From: Bacteroidia bacterium
Lineage (GTDB): Bacteria; Bacteroidota; Bacteroidia; NS11-12g; UBA955
Length of the DNA: 64,000 bases
Reading direction: 5' to 3'
Assembly (NCBI GenBank): GCA_044224315.1
Contig: JBGAKR010000003.1
Location: forward strand, 172,510-236,509
The notes beneath the pieces are model-generated. The model made no database searches, was not told the origin of the DNA, and was given only the letters and a program-made list of their open reading frames with translations. Below, in pieces: positions 9,640 to 19,009 of the stretch. Position 1 is the first letter of the stretch; every line of letters begins with the position of its first letter. Made by a program: the position numbers and the translations under genes.

Positions 9640-12600
9640 ATGTCCAACAACATAAAGTACTGGAAAGGTGAAGAAGAGCTGGTAAGGGATCCCAAATTCC
9701 TGGCCACTCAGAAAAACGAATTCTCAGAAGCCCTTCCTTTAGATGAGGTGCTGTCTGAAGACGGATTCGAACTGAACTCCAATCGCCGTGATTTTCTGAA
9801 ATTTTTCGGATTCAGTGTTACCGCTGTAGCACTGGCGGCCTGTTTCCAAACCAAAGTGCGCCACGCGGTGCCTTACCTGGTTAAACCCGATGATGTAACC
9901 CCCGGTGTTGCCAACTATTACTCTTCTACCTGCGGATCCTGCGCTGCCGGATGTGGTATTGAAGTAAAAGTGCGCGAAGGACGCCCCATTAAAGTAGACG
10001 GAAGCCCACGTTCACCCATCTCTAAAGGTGGTCTGTGCGCAGCAGGTCAAGCCGGTATCCTCTCTTTATATGATACCGAACGCCTGGCCAACCCACTGAA
10101 AGGTGGAGCTGAAGTTACCGACTGGGCCAAACTCGACGAAGAAATTATGGGTATGCTCAATGGTGTTGATAAAGCAGGTCAGAAAATTTTAATTTTCTCT
10201 AACTCTATCAATAGCCCCGGCACCCTGAAAGCCATTGCCGATTTCAAAACCAAATTCACTACTACCGAGCATGTAATGTACGACGCTGTTTCATACAGTG
10301 GTATAATTATGGCCAATGAGAAAGATTTCAGCACTGCTGCTATTCCTTCTTATAATTTCGAAAATGCAGAAGTGATTGTAAGTTTCGGCGCCGATTTCCT
10401 CGGTACCTGGATTTCTCCTGTAGAATATACCAAAGCTTACAGCACCAACCGTATTCCTACTCCGGATAAGAAAATGTCGTTGCACATTCAGTTCGAAAGC
10501 AACCTCAGCATTACCGGTACCAATGCCGATTACCGTTTCCCCATGAAGGCTTCTAAAGAAGCACTTTATGTGGCTTCATTGTATAATTACATTGCTGCAA
10601 AATCGGGTTCTAAACAAATTCCGGTAGCCAATATGGGCGAACTTGCGGGTAACTCTATCCAAAAAGCCGGTGAAGCCCTGCTTGCTGCCAAAGGTAAAAG
10701 CCTGGTAGTAAGTGGTTCTAATGATGCCAATGTGCAATGCCTGGTAAATGGCATCAATATGTTGCTCGAAAACTATGGCAAAACGGTTGACATCAACAAC
10801 CATAGCAAACAGTACCTGGGCAATGATAAAATGGTGGCCGATGCACTCAATGATTTGAATGCCGGCAAATACGGTGCGGTTATTTTCTACAATACCAACC
10901 CTGTTTACAACGGCAACAAAGAAGCTTGGGAAAATGGCATTAAGAAAGCCAAAGTGAGCATTTCTTTTGCCCAAACCAAAGACGAAACTGCCAGCCTCTG
11001 CAACTATGTTTGCCCCGATCACCACTACCTGGAAAGCTGGGGCGATGCAGAACCTAAAATGGGTCTGTACCAGTTTACCCAACCCACCATTAGTAATGTA
11101 TTCAATACCCGTCAGGCACAACTTTCTCTGTTGGCTTGGTCTGGTATGATGCCTAAAATGGAAGTGGATCCCCTGGCTAACAAAGGTGTATTAACCCAAA
11201 AATTCAAAACCGACGCATACTACGCCTATATCAAAGCCAACTGGGCTGAGAAATTGGGTGGAAATGCCGATACTGCGTTCAACAAAGTACTGCACGATGG
11301 TGTTTACATGGTTGAAACCAAATCGGATAAAGTAGCCTCTTATGCCGGTGATGTTACAGCCCTTGCCGATGCAGTTACCGCTGCAGGCAAAAGCAATGGC
11401 ATCGACCTGGTTCTTTACGAATCAGTAGGAGTGGGCGATGGTACCCATGGCAATAACCCATGGTTGCACGAGTTGCCCGATCCGGTAAGCAAAGTATGCT
11501 GGGATAACTATGTATCTGTGCCTAAATCTCTGGCTGCTACCCTGGGCCTGAAAGAACGCGATACTGTAAATGTAAGCGCCGGTAAATACAACCTTACCAA
11601 TGTTCCTGTAATCATTCAACCTGGTCAGGCAAACGGCACCGCCGCCCTTTCTCTGGGTTATGGCCGCACCGCAGCCGGTAAAGTTGGAGGTAGTAAAGAA
11701 AAAGGTTTCGATACCATTGGTTTCAATGCCTATCCCTTTGTTACCATGTCGGGCAACACCCGTAACTACACCATTTCTGATGTAAAAATCACCAAAGGTG
11801 AAGAAACTTACCACCTTGCACAAACCCAAACCCACCATAGCATAGAGGGTAGGGACCTGGTGCGTGAAGCTACCTACAGCGCCTGGCAGAAAAACAAAAA
11901 TGCCGGCAACGACAAAGCTAAAACCGAAGTATTTACCATTTGGGAAAAACGCGAATACCTGAAGGATGGTTCTCCAAACCACCGTTGGGCTATGGCCATC
12001 GACCTGAATGCATGTACTGGTTGCTCGGCCTGTGTAGTAAGCTGCTCTATTGAAAATAACGTGCCCGTAGTAGGCCGCGAAGAGATTCGCCTGCGCCGCG
12101 AAATGCACTGGATTCGCATAGACCGCTACTATTCTTTCGCCAATAGCGATAAATCTGTGGATGGTAACTTCATTACCCGCGAAAAAGAGATACACAATGC
12201 CGATGAAAAACAAGGCGCAAACGGACAATACGCACATTGGGAAAATGTGAAAGTGGTTCATCAGCCTATGTTGTGTCAGCATTGCTCTCAAGCTCCCTGT
12301 GAGTCTGTTTGCCCCGTATTGGCAACCACCCACAGCAGCGAGGGTCTGAACCAAATGACATACAACCGTTGCATCGGAACCAAATATTGCGGAAATAACT
12401 GCCCTTACAAAGTGCGCCGCTTTAACTGGTACCGTTATAACGACAATGATAAGTTTGACTTCCACTTCAACAACCCATTGGGTAAAATGGTCATCAACCC
12501 CGATGTTACCGTTCGTACCCGTGGTGTGATGGAAAAATGCTCATTCTGCGTACAACGAATTCAGGAGGGCAAACTGAAAGCCAAACGCGAAGGAAAATCT

Positions 12601-12798
12601 CTGGCAGATGTAACCGTAGAAACCGCCTGCCAGCGTGCTTGTCCAGCCAATGCAATCGTATTCGGAGACCTTCACAACCCCGATAGCGAAATCAGCAAAT
12701 TGTACAAGAATGAACGTGGTTTCCGTGTATTGGAAGAGCTAAACGTACAGTCTTCCATTACTTACCTGACTAAGATACGTAACACTGAAACCGTTTAA
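9640..12798 (+). CDS. actB: alternative complex III subunit ActB (molybdopterin-oxidoreductase-like domain fused to a 4Fe-4S ferredoxin domain), Tat-exported
   Basis: 1052 aa. Twin-arginine motif SNRRDFLKFFGF, and Cys clusters CTGCSACVVSC, CQHCSQAPCESVCP, CIGTKYCGNNCP and CQRACP. Confidence 0.85.
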   Translation: MSNNIKYWKGEEELVRDPKFLATQKNEFSEALPLDEVLSEDGFELNSNRRDFLKFFGFSVTAVALAACFQTKVRHAVPYLVKPDDVTPGVANYYSSTCGSCAAGCGIEVKVREGRPIKVDGSPRSPISKGGLCAAGQAGILSLYDTERLANPLKGGAEVTDWAKLDEEIMGMLNGVDKAGQKILIFSNSINSPGTLKAIADFKTKFTTTEHVMYDAVSYSGIIMANEKDFSTAAIPSYNFENAEVIVSFGADFLGTWISPVEYTKAYSTNRIPTPDKKMSLHIQFESNLSITGTNADYRFPMKASKEALYVASLYNYIAAKSGSKQIPVANMGELAGNSIQKAGEALLAAKGKSLVVSGSNDANVQCLVNGINMLLENYGKTVDINNHSKQYLGNDKMVADALNDLNAGKYGAVIFYNTNPVYNGNKEAWENGIKKAKVSISFAQTKDETASLCNYVCPDHHYLESWGDAEPKMGLYQFTQPTISNVFNTRQAQLSLLAWSGMMPKMEVDPLANKGVLTQKFKTDAYYAYIKANWAEKLGGNADTAFNKVLHDGVYMVETKSDKVASYAGDVTALADAVTAAGKSNGIDLVLYESVGVGDGTHGNNPWLHELPDPVSKVCWDNYVSVPKSLAATLGLKERDTVNVSAGKYNLTNVPVIIQPGQANGTAALSLGYGRTAAGKVGGSKEKGFDTIGFNAYPFVTMSGNTRNYTISDVKITKGEETYHLAQTQTHHSIEGRDLVREATYSAWQKNKNAGNDKAKTEVFTIWEKREYLKDGSPNHRWAMAIDLNACTGCSACVVSCSIENNVPVVGREEIRLRREMHWIRIDRYYSFANSDKSVDGNFITREKEIHNADEKQGANGQYAHWENVKVVHQPMLCQHCSQAPCESVCPVLATTHSSEGLNQMTYNRCIGTKYCGNNCPYKVRRFNWYRYNDNDKFDFHFNNPLGKMVINPDVTVRTRGVMEKCSFCVQRIQEGKLKAKREGKSLADVTVETACQRACPANAIVFGDLHNPDSEISKLYKNERGFRVLEELNVQSSITYLTKIRNTETV

Positions 12799-12817
12799 AA
12801 CCCAATATAGATAACTG

Positions 12818-14167
12818 ATGATACACGATTCGCTTATAAGGGAACGCCTGGTAACCGGAGGTAAAACTGCAGCCGATGTTACCCGCGACATTGCACGGCC
12901 TATTCTGAATAAACCCAGCAGGTCATGGTCTATTGGCTTTACCCTTTCCGTTATTTTCCTCGGTATATTCGTAGTGAGCCTTTTCTGGACACTATGGACC
13001 GGTATCGGGGTTTGGAACATCAATAAATCTGTAATGTGGGGTTGGGATATTACCAACTTCGTATTCTGGGTGGGTATTGGTCACGCCGGTACCCTCATTT
13101 CTGCGGTGCTTTTGCTTTTCCGCCAAAAATGGAGGATGAGTATCAACCGTTCTGCAGAAGCTATGACCATCTTCGCGGTAATCTGTGCAGCCATGTTCCC
13201 TGTGTTTCACATGGGACGTGTATGGGTAGGTTACTGGGCACTTCCACTGCCAAACGGATTTGGTTCACTGTGGGTAAACTTTAACTCACCCCTGCTTTGG
13301 GACGTGTTTGCGATCTCTACATACTTCTCTGTATCGCTGTTGTTCTGGTATATCGGTTTGATTCCTGATATCGCCACCATCCGCGATAAAGTGAAAGGCA
13401 AATACGAAAAATTCTGGTACCGCTTCTTCTCAATGGGTTGGACCGGTGGCACCCGCAGCTGGGCCCGTTACGAATTGATCTCTTTGATTCTGGCCGGTTT
13501 GAGCACCCCACTGGTACTTTCAGTACACACCATTGTATCAACTGACTTTGCTACATCCATTGTACCAGGCTGGCATACTACCATTTTCCCGCCTTACTTC
13601 GTGGCAGGTGCGATCTTCTCCGGTTTCGGAATGGTGGCCACTCTGCTGGTTGTAGCGCGCAAAGTAATGAACTACGAAAACTACATTACCATTGGCCACC
13701 TCGAAGCAATGACCAAAATCATTATGCTTACCGGTACCCTGGTAGGTATTGCATATTTAACAGAGTTCTTCATTGCCCAATACTCTATGGTTGAGTACGA
13801 ACAGTACGCGTTTAAAAACCGTGCTTTCGGTCCATACTGGTGGGCTTACTGGAGTATGATGTTCTGTAACCTTGTTTCACCACAGGTGTTCTGGTTCAAA
13901 TGGGCCCGCACTACACCCTGGTTCATCTTTATGATGAGTATTGTGGTAAACGTAGGTATGTGGTTCGAACGTTTCGTAATTATCGTAACCTCACTGCATC
14001 GCGATTACCTGCCTTCCAGCTGGGTAATGTACGCCGGTTCTTTAACAGAAGTTGGTTTATTCCTGGGTACCTTCGGTATCTTCTTTACCTGCTTCTTCCT
14101 GTTCGCTAAATTCCTGCCTGTGATAAACATGTCGGAAGTTAAATCCATCCTGCGTAACCGCGAATAA
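12818..14167 (+). CDS. actC: alternative complex III subunit ActC (NrfD/PsrC-like polytopic membrane quinol-binding subunit)
   Basis: 449 aa, about 10 transmembrane segments. Follows actB as in known ACIII operons. Confidence 0.8.
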   Translation: MIHDSLIRERLVTGGKTAADVTRDIARPILNKPSRSWSIGFTLSVIFLGIFVVSLFWTLWTGIGVWNINKSVMWGWDITNFVFWVGIGHAGTLISAVLLLFRQKWRMSINRSAEAMTIFAVICAAMFPVFHMGRVWVGYWALPLPNGFGSLWVNFNSPLLWDVFAISTYFSVSLLFWYIGLIPDIATIRDKVKGKYEKFWYRFFSMGWTGGTRSWARYELISLILAGLSTPLVLSVHTIVSTDFATSIVPGWHTTIFPPYFVAGAIFSGFGMVATLLVVARKVMNYENYITIGHLEAMTKIIMLTGTLVGIAYLTEFFIAQYSMVEYEQYAFKNRAFGPYWWAYWSMMFCNLVSPQVFWFKWARTTPWFIFMMSIVVNVGMWFERFVIIVTSLHRDYLPSSWVMYAGSLTEVGLFLGTFGIFFTCFFLFAKFLPVINMSEVKSILRNRE

Positions 14168-14185
14168 TAATAGGAGATCACATCA

Positions 14186-14752
14186 ATGGGAATTATCGAT
14201 AAAAACCTCAGCCTTCGCAACAGAAATACCCTTTTACTGGGTGTGTACGAAGATGAAGACAACCTGGTAGCCGCTACCACTGAACTGGCCCATGCCGGTG
14301 TACCTATTCAGGATGTTTATACCCCTTACCCTGTGCATGGTCTTGACCGCATCATTGGCGTGCGTCGCAGCTGGTTGTCAGTTGCAGCATTCCTCTGTGG
14401 TCTTACCGGTTTCATTCTGGCCTATAGCATGATTTACTACATGTATGTGCACGATTGGCCAATGAACATTGGTAACAAACCAGAAAGACTTACCCCTAGC
14501 TGGGTGCCGATTTTGTTTGAAGGAACTGTATTGTGCACTGCATTTGGTATGGCTTTCTTCTTCTTCTTCCGCAGCCGCATGGTGCACGGAATTAAACCCG
14601 AATTATTAGACATACGCCAAACTGATGACCTGATGATTATATGCATCGAGTCTGGCGACAATGTAGATACCAACAAAGTGTTTGAAATAATGAAAAGAAA
14701 CGGTGCTACCGAATTGCGCCAGCGCACAGGAGGCGTTCAAACCGTAATATGA
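14186..14752 (+). CDS. actD: alternative complex III subunit ActD (DUF3341-like)
   Basis: 188 aa with one or two transmembrane segments, in the ACIII gene-order position. Confidence 0.7.
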   Translation: MGIIDKNLSLRNRNTLLLGVYEDEDNLVAATTELAHAGVPIQDVYTPYPVHGLDRIIGVRRSWLSVAAFLCGLTGFILAYSMIYYMYVHDWPMNIGNKPERLTPSWVPILFEGTVLCTAFGMAFFFFFRSRMVHGIKPELLDIRQTDDLMIICIESGDNVDTNKVFEIMKRNGATELRQRTGGVQTVI

Positions 14753-15408
14753 ATACAAAATTCATGAACAATTCTGCTTATAGCATTTTAGGAGCTGTGG
14801 CATTTTCAGTAGTATTATTTGCCTGCAACAGCCGTGGCAATAATCCAGGGGTTGAATATGCGCCCGATATGTACTACTCAAAAGGGTACGAGCCTTACAA
14901 CCAGGCCGATAGCAATGTAATCAATCCCTATGGCATGAATATGCGCGAACCGGTAAAAGGTTCAGTAGCCATTGGTAAAGAAGACTACTACTATCCTTAC
15001 GAAAATACTGGAGAAGGCTACGAAGCTTCTAAAGCTTATACATTCCCGGCAAATTTTGAGGATAAAGACGGACGTGGTAAATACCTTTATGGCATTTATT
15101 GCACACCTTGCCACGGTCTTACCGGAAAAAATGAGGGCGAAATCTTCAAAAACGGCCGTTTGGGTAAACCTGTTTGGCCCAATTATCAGGATCCTTACAT
15201 CCAAAACCTGCCTGTAGGTCAGATTTACCATACCCTTACCTATGGTAAAAACAACATGGGAAGCCATGCCTACGCCCTTGCACCTATGGATCGCTGGAGA
15301 GTGATTAAATATGTAAAAGAACTGGCCGGTGTGAGTGTAAACACCAAAGCAGGTGCCGACACCACCGCCAAAACCGAAACTGTAGTTAAACCCGCAAGCA
15401 CAAAATAA
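14749..15408 (+). CDS. actE: alternative complex III subunit ActE (monohaem cytochrome c lipoprotein)
   Basis: Single CTPCHG haem-binding motif. Lipoprotein-like signal (LFACNSRG). Overlaps actD by 4 nt. Confidence 0.75.
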   Translation: MNTKFMNNSAYSILGAVAFSVVLFACNSRGNNPGVEYAPDMYYSKGYEPYNQADSNVINPYGMNMREPVKGSVAIGKEDYYYPYENTGEGYEASKAYTFPANFEDKDGRGKYLYGIYCTPCHGLTGKNEGEIFKNGRLGKPVWPNYQDPYIQNLPVGQIYHTLTYGKNNMGSHAYALAPMDRWRVIKYVKELAGVSVNTKAGADTTAKTETVVKPASTK

Positions 15409-15411
15409 GAA

Positions 15412-16833
15412 ATGGCACACGGACATCATATCGAAATCGTACAGGAACAATTCCAAATTCCAGCAAAAGCCAAAACCTTTGCCATTGTTGTGATTGTATT
15501 GGGCTTAATTCTGGCCGCTGCCGGATTGGCCACTATGGATAAATCTTCGGCCGGCGGACATCACGAAGCTACCAAAACAGAAGCTACACACGAGAAAAAA
15601 GCAGAAGGTTCACACGAAGCCACTGCCGAAGCCAGTGTTACTGCCCACGAAGGCCACGAAGCCGCGGAAGAAGGCAATGTAATGACTGAAAAATATGGCC
15701 CACGTATGGAACTGAAAAGCCAAAACAAGCCATGGACCCTTCGCATCTGGACCTCAGTAATGATGGCAGCTTATTACCTGCTGCTCATTTCACTGGCCGC
15801 ATTATTCTTTGTTGCCGTTCAATACATAGCCAATGCAGGCTGGAGTGCTGCTATCAAGCGCGTTCCCGAAGCCATCGGTACCTTTATACCGGTGCCTTTT
15901 ATACTGGTATTGCTGGTTATACTCGTTGCTAAAAATGATATTTACCACTGGGTACACTACGAACACCTGCACCTGAGTAAAGGTCAGCCAGGTTTCGACC
16001 GCGCCCTTGACGGTAAATCATGGTTCCTTAACTCTAAAATGTTGCTGCTTTTCCCAACCGCCCTGGTTGTTATCTGGGTACTGATTGGAATGAAGTTGCG
16101 CAAACTTTCAGTCCAGGAGGATACAGCTGAAAAAGGCAATACATATTTCTTCAAAAAATCCATCCGCTGGAGTGCTGGTTTTGCCGTTCTTTATGGCTTT
16201 ACCCTCTCTGTTGTAGCTTGGTTGTTTATTATGAGTATTGATGCCCACTGGTACAGTACAATTTTTGGAGTATACAACTTTGCAACCGGCTGGGTTTCTG
16301 CACTTACCGTAATTTGTTTGTTTGTTGTTTACCTGAAACAAAAAGGCTACCTGAAAATTGTAACCGATGAGCATGTGCATGACTTAGGTAAATTCATGTT
16401 TGCATTCTCTATTTTCTGGGCCTATATCTGGATTTCACAGTATTTGCTCATCTGGTATGCACACATTCCAGAAGAAATGGCTTACTACCAAATCCGTTAT
16501 GAAAACTACAAGCCCTATTTCCTTGTAAATCTGGTGCTCAACTTCTTTACCCCATTCCTGTTTTTGATGATGCGCAACGCAAAGCGCAGTCCTAAACTGT
16601 TATACCTGATTGGTGCATTGATGCTGATTGGCCACTATAATGATATTTGGTTAATGATAACCCCAGGTGTTTATGGCACAGGTATGAACATTGGTATGCT
16701 TGAAATCGGCACCATGTTATTCCTGGCAGGTGTGTTTGTTTATTGGGTACTTACTTCCCTTACCAAACGCGGTCTGATTGCCGTAAACCATCCTTACATT
16801 GAAGAATCTGCACACCACGATGTTGGCGTGTAA
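15412..16833 (+). CDS. actF: alternative complex III subunit ActF (second NrfD-like membrane subunit)
   Basis: 473 aa polytopic membrane protein. Last gene of the cluster, followed by a terminator. Confidence 0.75.
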   Translation: MAHGHHIEIVQEQFQIPAKAKTFAIVVIVLGLILAAAGLATMDKSSAGGHHEATKTEATHEKKAEGSHEATAEASVTAHEGHEAAEEGNVMTEKYGPRMELKSQNKPWTLRIWTSVMMAAYYLLLISLAALFFVAVQYIANAGWSAAIKRVPEAIGTFIPVPFILVLLVILVAKNDIYHWVHYEHLHLSKGQPGFDRALDGKSWFLNSKMLLLFPTALVVIWVLIGMKLRKLSVQEDTAEKGNTYFFKKSIRWSAGFAVLYGFTLSVVAWLFIMSIDAHWYSTIFGVYNFATGWVSALTVICLFVVYLKQKGYLKIVTDEHVHDLGKFMFAFSIFWAYIWISQYLLIWYAHIPEEMAYYQIRYENYKPYFLVNLVLNFFTPFLFLMMRNAKRSPKLLYLIGALMLIGHYNDIWLMITPGVYGTGMNIGMLEIGTMLFLAGVFVYWVLTSLTKRGLIAVNHPYIEESAHHDVGV

Positions 16834-16855
16834 GATCCCATATAGAAACAACTAC

Positions 16856-16886
16856 AAAAAAGCCGCTTTTAGCGGCTTTTTTGTTT
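16856..16886 (+). terminator. rho-independent terminator after actF
   Basis: aaaaagccgcttttagcggcttttttgttt: a GC-rich hairpin followed by a T-run. Confidence 0.8.
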
Positions 16887-16956
16887 AATATGCTACAGGA
16901 ATTGAATATTTTAAATTTTGTATACTTAAACCTTTTCTATAATTTAGTAACATCCT

Positions 16957-17328
16957 ATGCTGGAAGATACAAATCAAAATTTAGGACCCGCCATTGAAAG
17001 ATATTTATTGCAAATGCCCGAAGAAAAAATGGGCCTGGCCTGCATGGTGCGCGATATTTTTATAGATATTCCAGATATTACCGAGTCTATTAAATGGAAT
17101 AATTGGACCTTTAGTATGGGAAAAAAGGACATTGCTTTTATTTACTATTACAAACAATTGCCCTACATAAACCTGGGCTTTTTTAATGCAGTGGCCTTGA
17201 CGGATAAGGATAAATTATTCGAAGGAACAGGGGCAAAAATGCGACATATTAAAATTTACTCTGAATCTAATATCCCTGTAAACCAAATCCGCCTCTGGAT
17301 TGAAGAATCAATTCAATTGGGCAAATAA
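16957..17328 (+). CDS. DUF1801 (YdhG-like) domain protein
   Basis: 123 aa. Pattern IKWNNWTF...AFIYYYKQLPYINLGFFNA resembles the DUF1801 family. Confidence 0.5.
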   Translation: MLEDTNQNLGPAIERYLLQMPEEKMGLACMVRDIFIDIPDITESIKWNNWTFSMGKKDIAFIYYYKQLPYINLGFFNAVALTDKDKLFEGTGAKMRHIKIYSESNIPVNQIRLWIEESIQLGK

Positions 17329-17330
17329 AA

Positions 17331-18737
17331 TTAGTGTAGTATCTGCACTTTTTGTACTACTTCGGCATCTTGGGTTTTAATGACCAAATGATAAATACCC
17401 TCTGACAATTGGGTAATACCTATTTCTCTTTGGTTTTGACCTGTTGCCACGGTTTTACCCAATATATTTACCAGGCTCCAATTAAAACACATCTGCGATG
17501 TTTGTATATACAAATATTCGGATGCAGGTATTGGATATACCTCGAAAATGGGCTGCAGTTGGGGTGAATTATAATCCAAAGTGGGGTCTACCCAACATGT
17601 ATCCACACCTATAGTGTCGCTGCTTATGCACCCAATACTATCTGTGACCCTTACATAAATGGTATCGGCTTTGCGCAGCCAAAAATGGGATGCGGTGCTA
17701 CTGTCGTGCCATAAATAGTGTAGCATTTTGGGCGGACCTTCAATTTTTAATGAATCGTTTCGCTTAAGGCAAGAGTCGGTAACTAATTTAAAAACCGGTG
17801 GATTGTAGATCTTTACTTTCGATGAAAAAGTATCGCTGCAAATAGTTTCTTCACCATCAATGGAGGTGTAAATAATCTCTTTAAATACATACTCACCAGC
17901 GGTATCAAAACTTTGAATAACCTTAGATGTTGTAAATACTTTTCCATCGGGGGTAAACCATTTGCGGGTATAACTGGCCCGTGAAACCAGATCGAAATTA
18001 ATGGTATCCTTAATAATTACCGGGGTTCGGATACAAGCCGAACTCTGGGCCATAATACGTCCATTGATTACTCCTGGGATAATAAAAGCTACAGTGGATG
18101 TATATTGGTTGGCACAACTCATGTCGGGCAATACCTTAACTACCGCCGTAACATAACCCGATTCTAAAAACTTGTATTTAAAAACCGAGTCACCCAAATA
18201 CATGGTATCATCCACATACCATTCGTACCCCGTTACTTTAAACGGGGTTTGGGGAATGGCGGTTAAAATAGTTTGGTTGCGATTGCGGCAGGCATTTAAA
18301 ACTTCGGTTTTGGCTGATAGTTTCATGGTGTAGGTGCGCACCGTGTCGGCTGGCGCATTATCGGTAAAGAAGTAAAAAGGAGGAGCATTGATGGCATAAA
18401 CCTGAAAAACATAACTGCTATCTTCAAACATGCCATAAACATTTACCTGGCTATCTGAGCCTACATATACACAATAGTTTTCATCGCCAAATCCCAGTGA
18501 AGTGCCATTCCCGTAGCGGGTACTGGGGAAAATCATCTGGCTGTCTATCGGGTCAATTTTGGGCCTCCAAGCAGGTCTGCAGGTAACCAGGCAAAACTCA
18601 CCATTACCCGGGCTCCAGGCAATGCGTATGCTGTTGCATCGCTTTTCTATCACATGCACATTACTGGCCTGTTGGGTAGGCTTGCCTGCTTTCAGCGGAA
18701 AGGCCGAAGCGAAGAGTATGAGTAGCCAAAGTCGCAT
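17331..18737 (-). CDS. secreted T9SS cargo protein (C-terminal Por/T9SS type-A sorting domain), function unknown
   Basis: Signal peptide MRLWLLILFASAFPLKAG at the internal start. C-terminal ~80 aa ...YPIPASEYLYIQTS...GIYHLVIKTQDAEVVQKVQILH is typical of T9SS C-terminal domains. Confidence 0.65.
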   Translation of the reverse strand: MRLWLLILFASAFPLKAGKPTQQASNVHVIEKRCNSIRIAWSPGNGEFCLVTCRPAWRPKIDPIDSQMIFPSTRYGNGTSLGFGDENYCVYVGSDSQVNVYGMFEDSSYVFQVYAINAPPFYFFTDNAPADTVRTYTMKLSAKTEVLNACRNRNQTILTAIPQTPFKVTGYEWYVDDTMYLGDSVFKYKFLESGYVTAVVKVLPDMSCANQYTSTVAFIIPGVINGRIMAQSSACIRTPVIIKDTINFDLVSRASYTRKWFTPDGKVFTTSKVIQSFDTAGEYVFKEIIYTSIDGEETICSDTFSSKVKIYNPPVFKLVTDSCLKRNDSLKIEGPPKMLHYLWHDSSTASHFWLRKADTIYVRVTDSIGCISSDTIGVDTCWVDPTLDYNSPQLQPIFEVYPIPASEYLYIQTSQMCFNWSLVNILGKTVATGQNQREIGITQLSEGIYHLVIKTQDAEVVQKVQILH

Positions 18738-18994
18738 GTAGGGATAAAGAATTCCGAAAGTACGGTTATTGACTGGCATTTACAGAAAATATTCCGTCGA
18801 TTGACCAAATTTTGACATTCAACGTGTCTCCCTAATTACTGGTATTATTCTATTTAATAGAGAATTTTTCTGTGGATTTTAAATTAAATAAAACAGTCAA
18901 ATCGAATAGATTTTTTGGGTTTATCCACAGCATTTTATATAGCTTAATTGCGGCCCTAATTAGCTTTCAGGCCTTAAATACGATTTAAAAAATG

Positions 18995-19002
18995 TAATTT
19001 TG
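18995..19002 (+). promoter_or_regulatory. candidate -7 box TAATTTTG upstream of valS (would give a near-leaderless mRNA)
   Basis: Perfect TAnnTTTG match ending 8 nt before the valS ATG. Confidence 0.25.
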
Positions 19003-19009
19003 CAACTTT

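Noticed and set aside
11422-12465. 347-aa antisense ORF inside actB, and many other 60-180 aa ORFs nested in or antisense to large genes (for example 10576-11121, 14962-15456, 26072-26608, 56816-57397)
   Set aside because: Each is fully embedded opposite a well-supported conserved gene and has low-complexity composition. They are read-through artefacts of codon bias, not genes.
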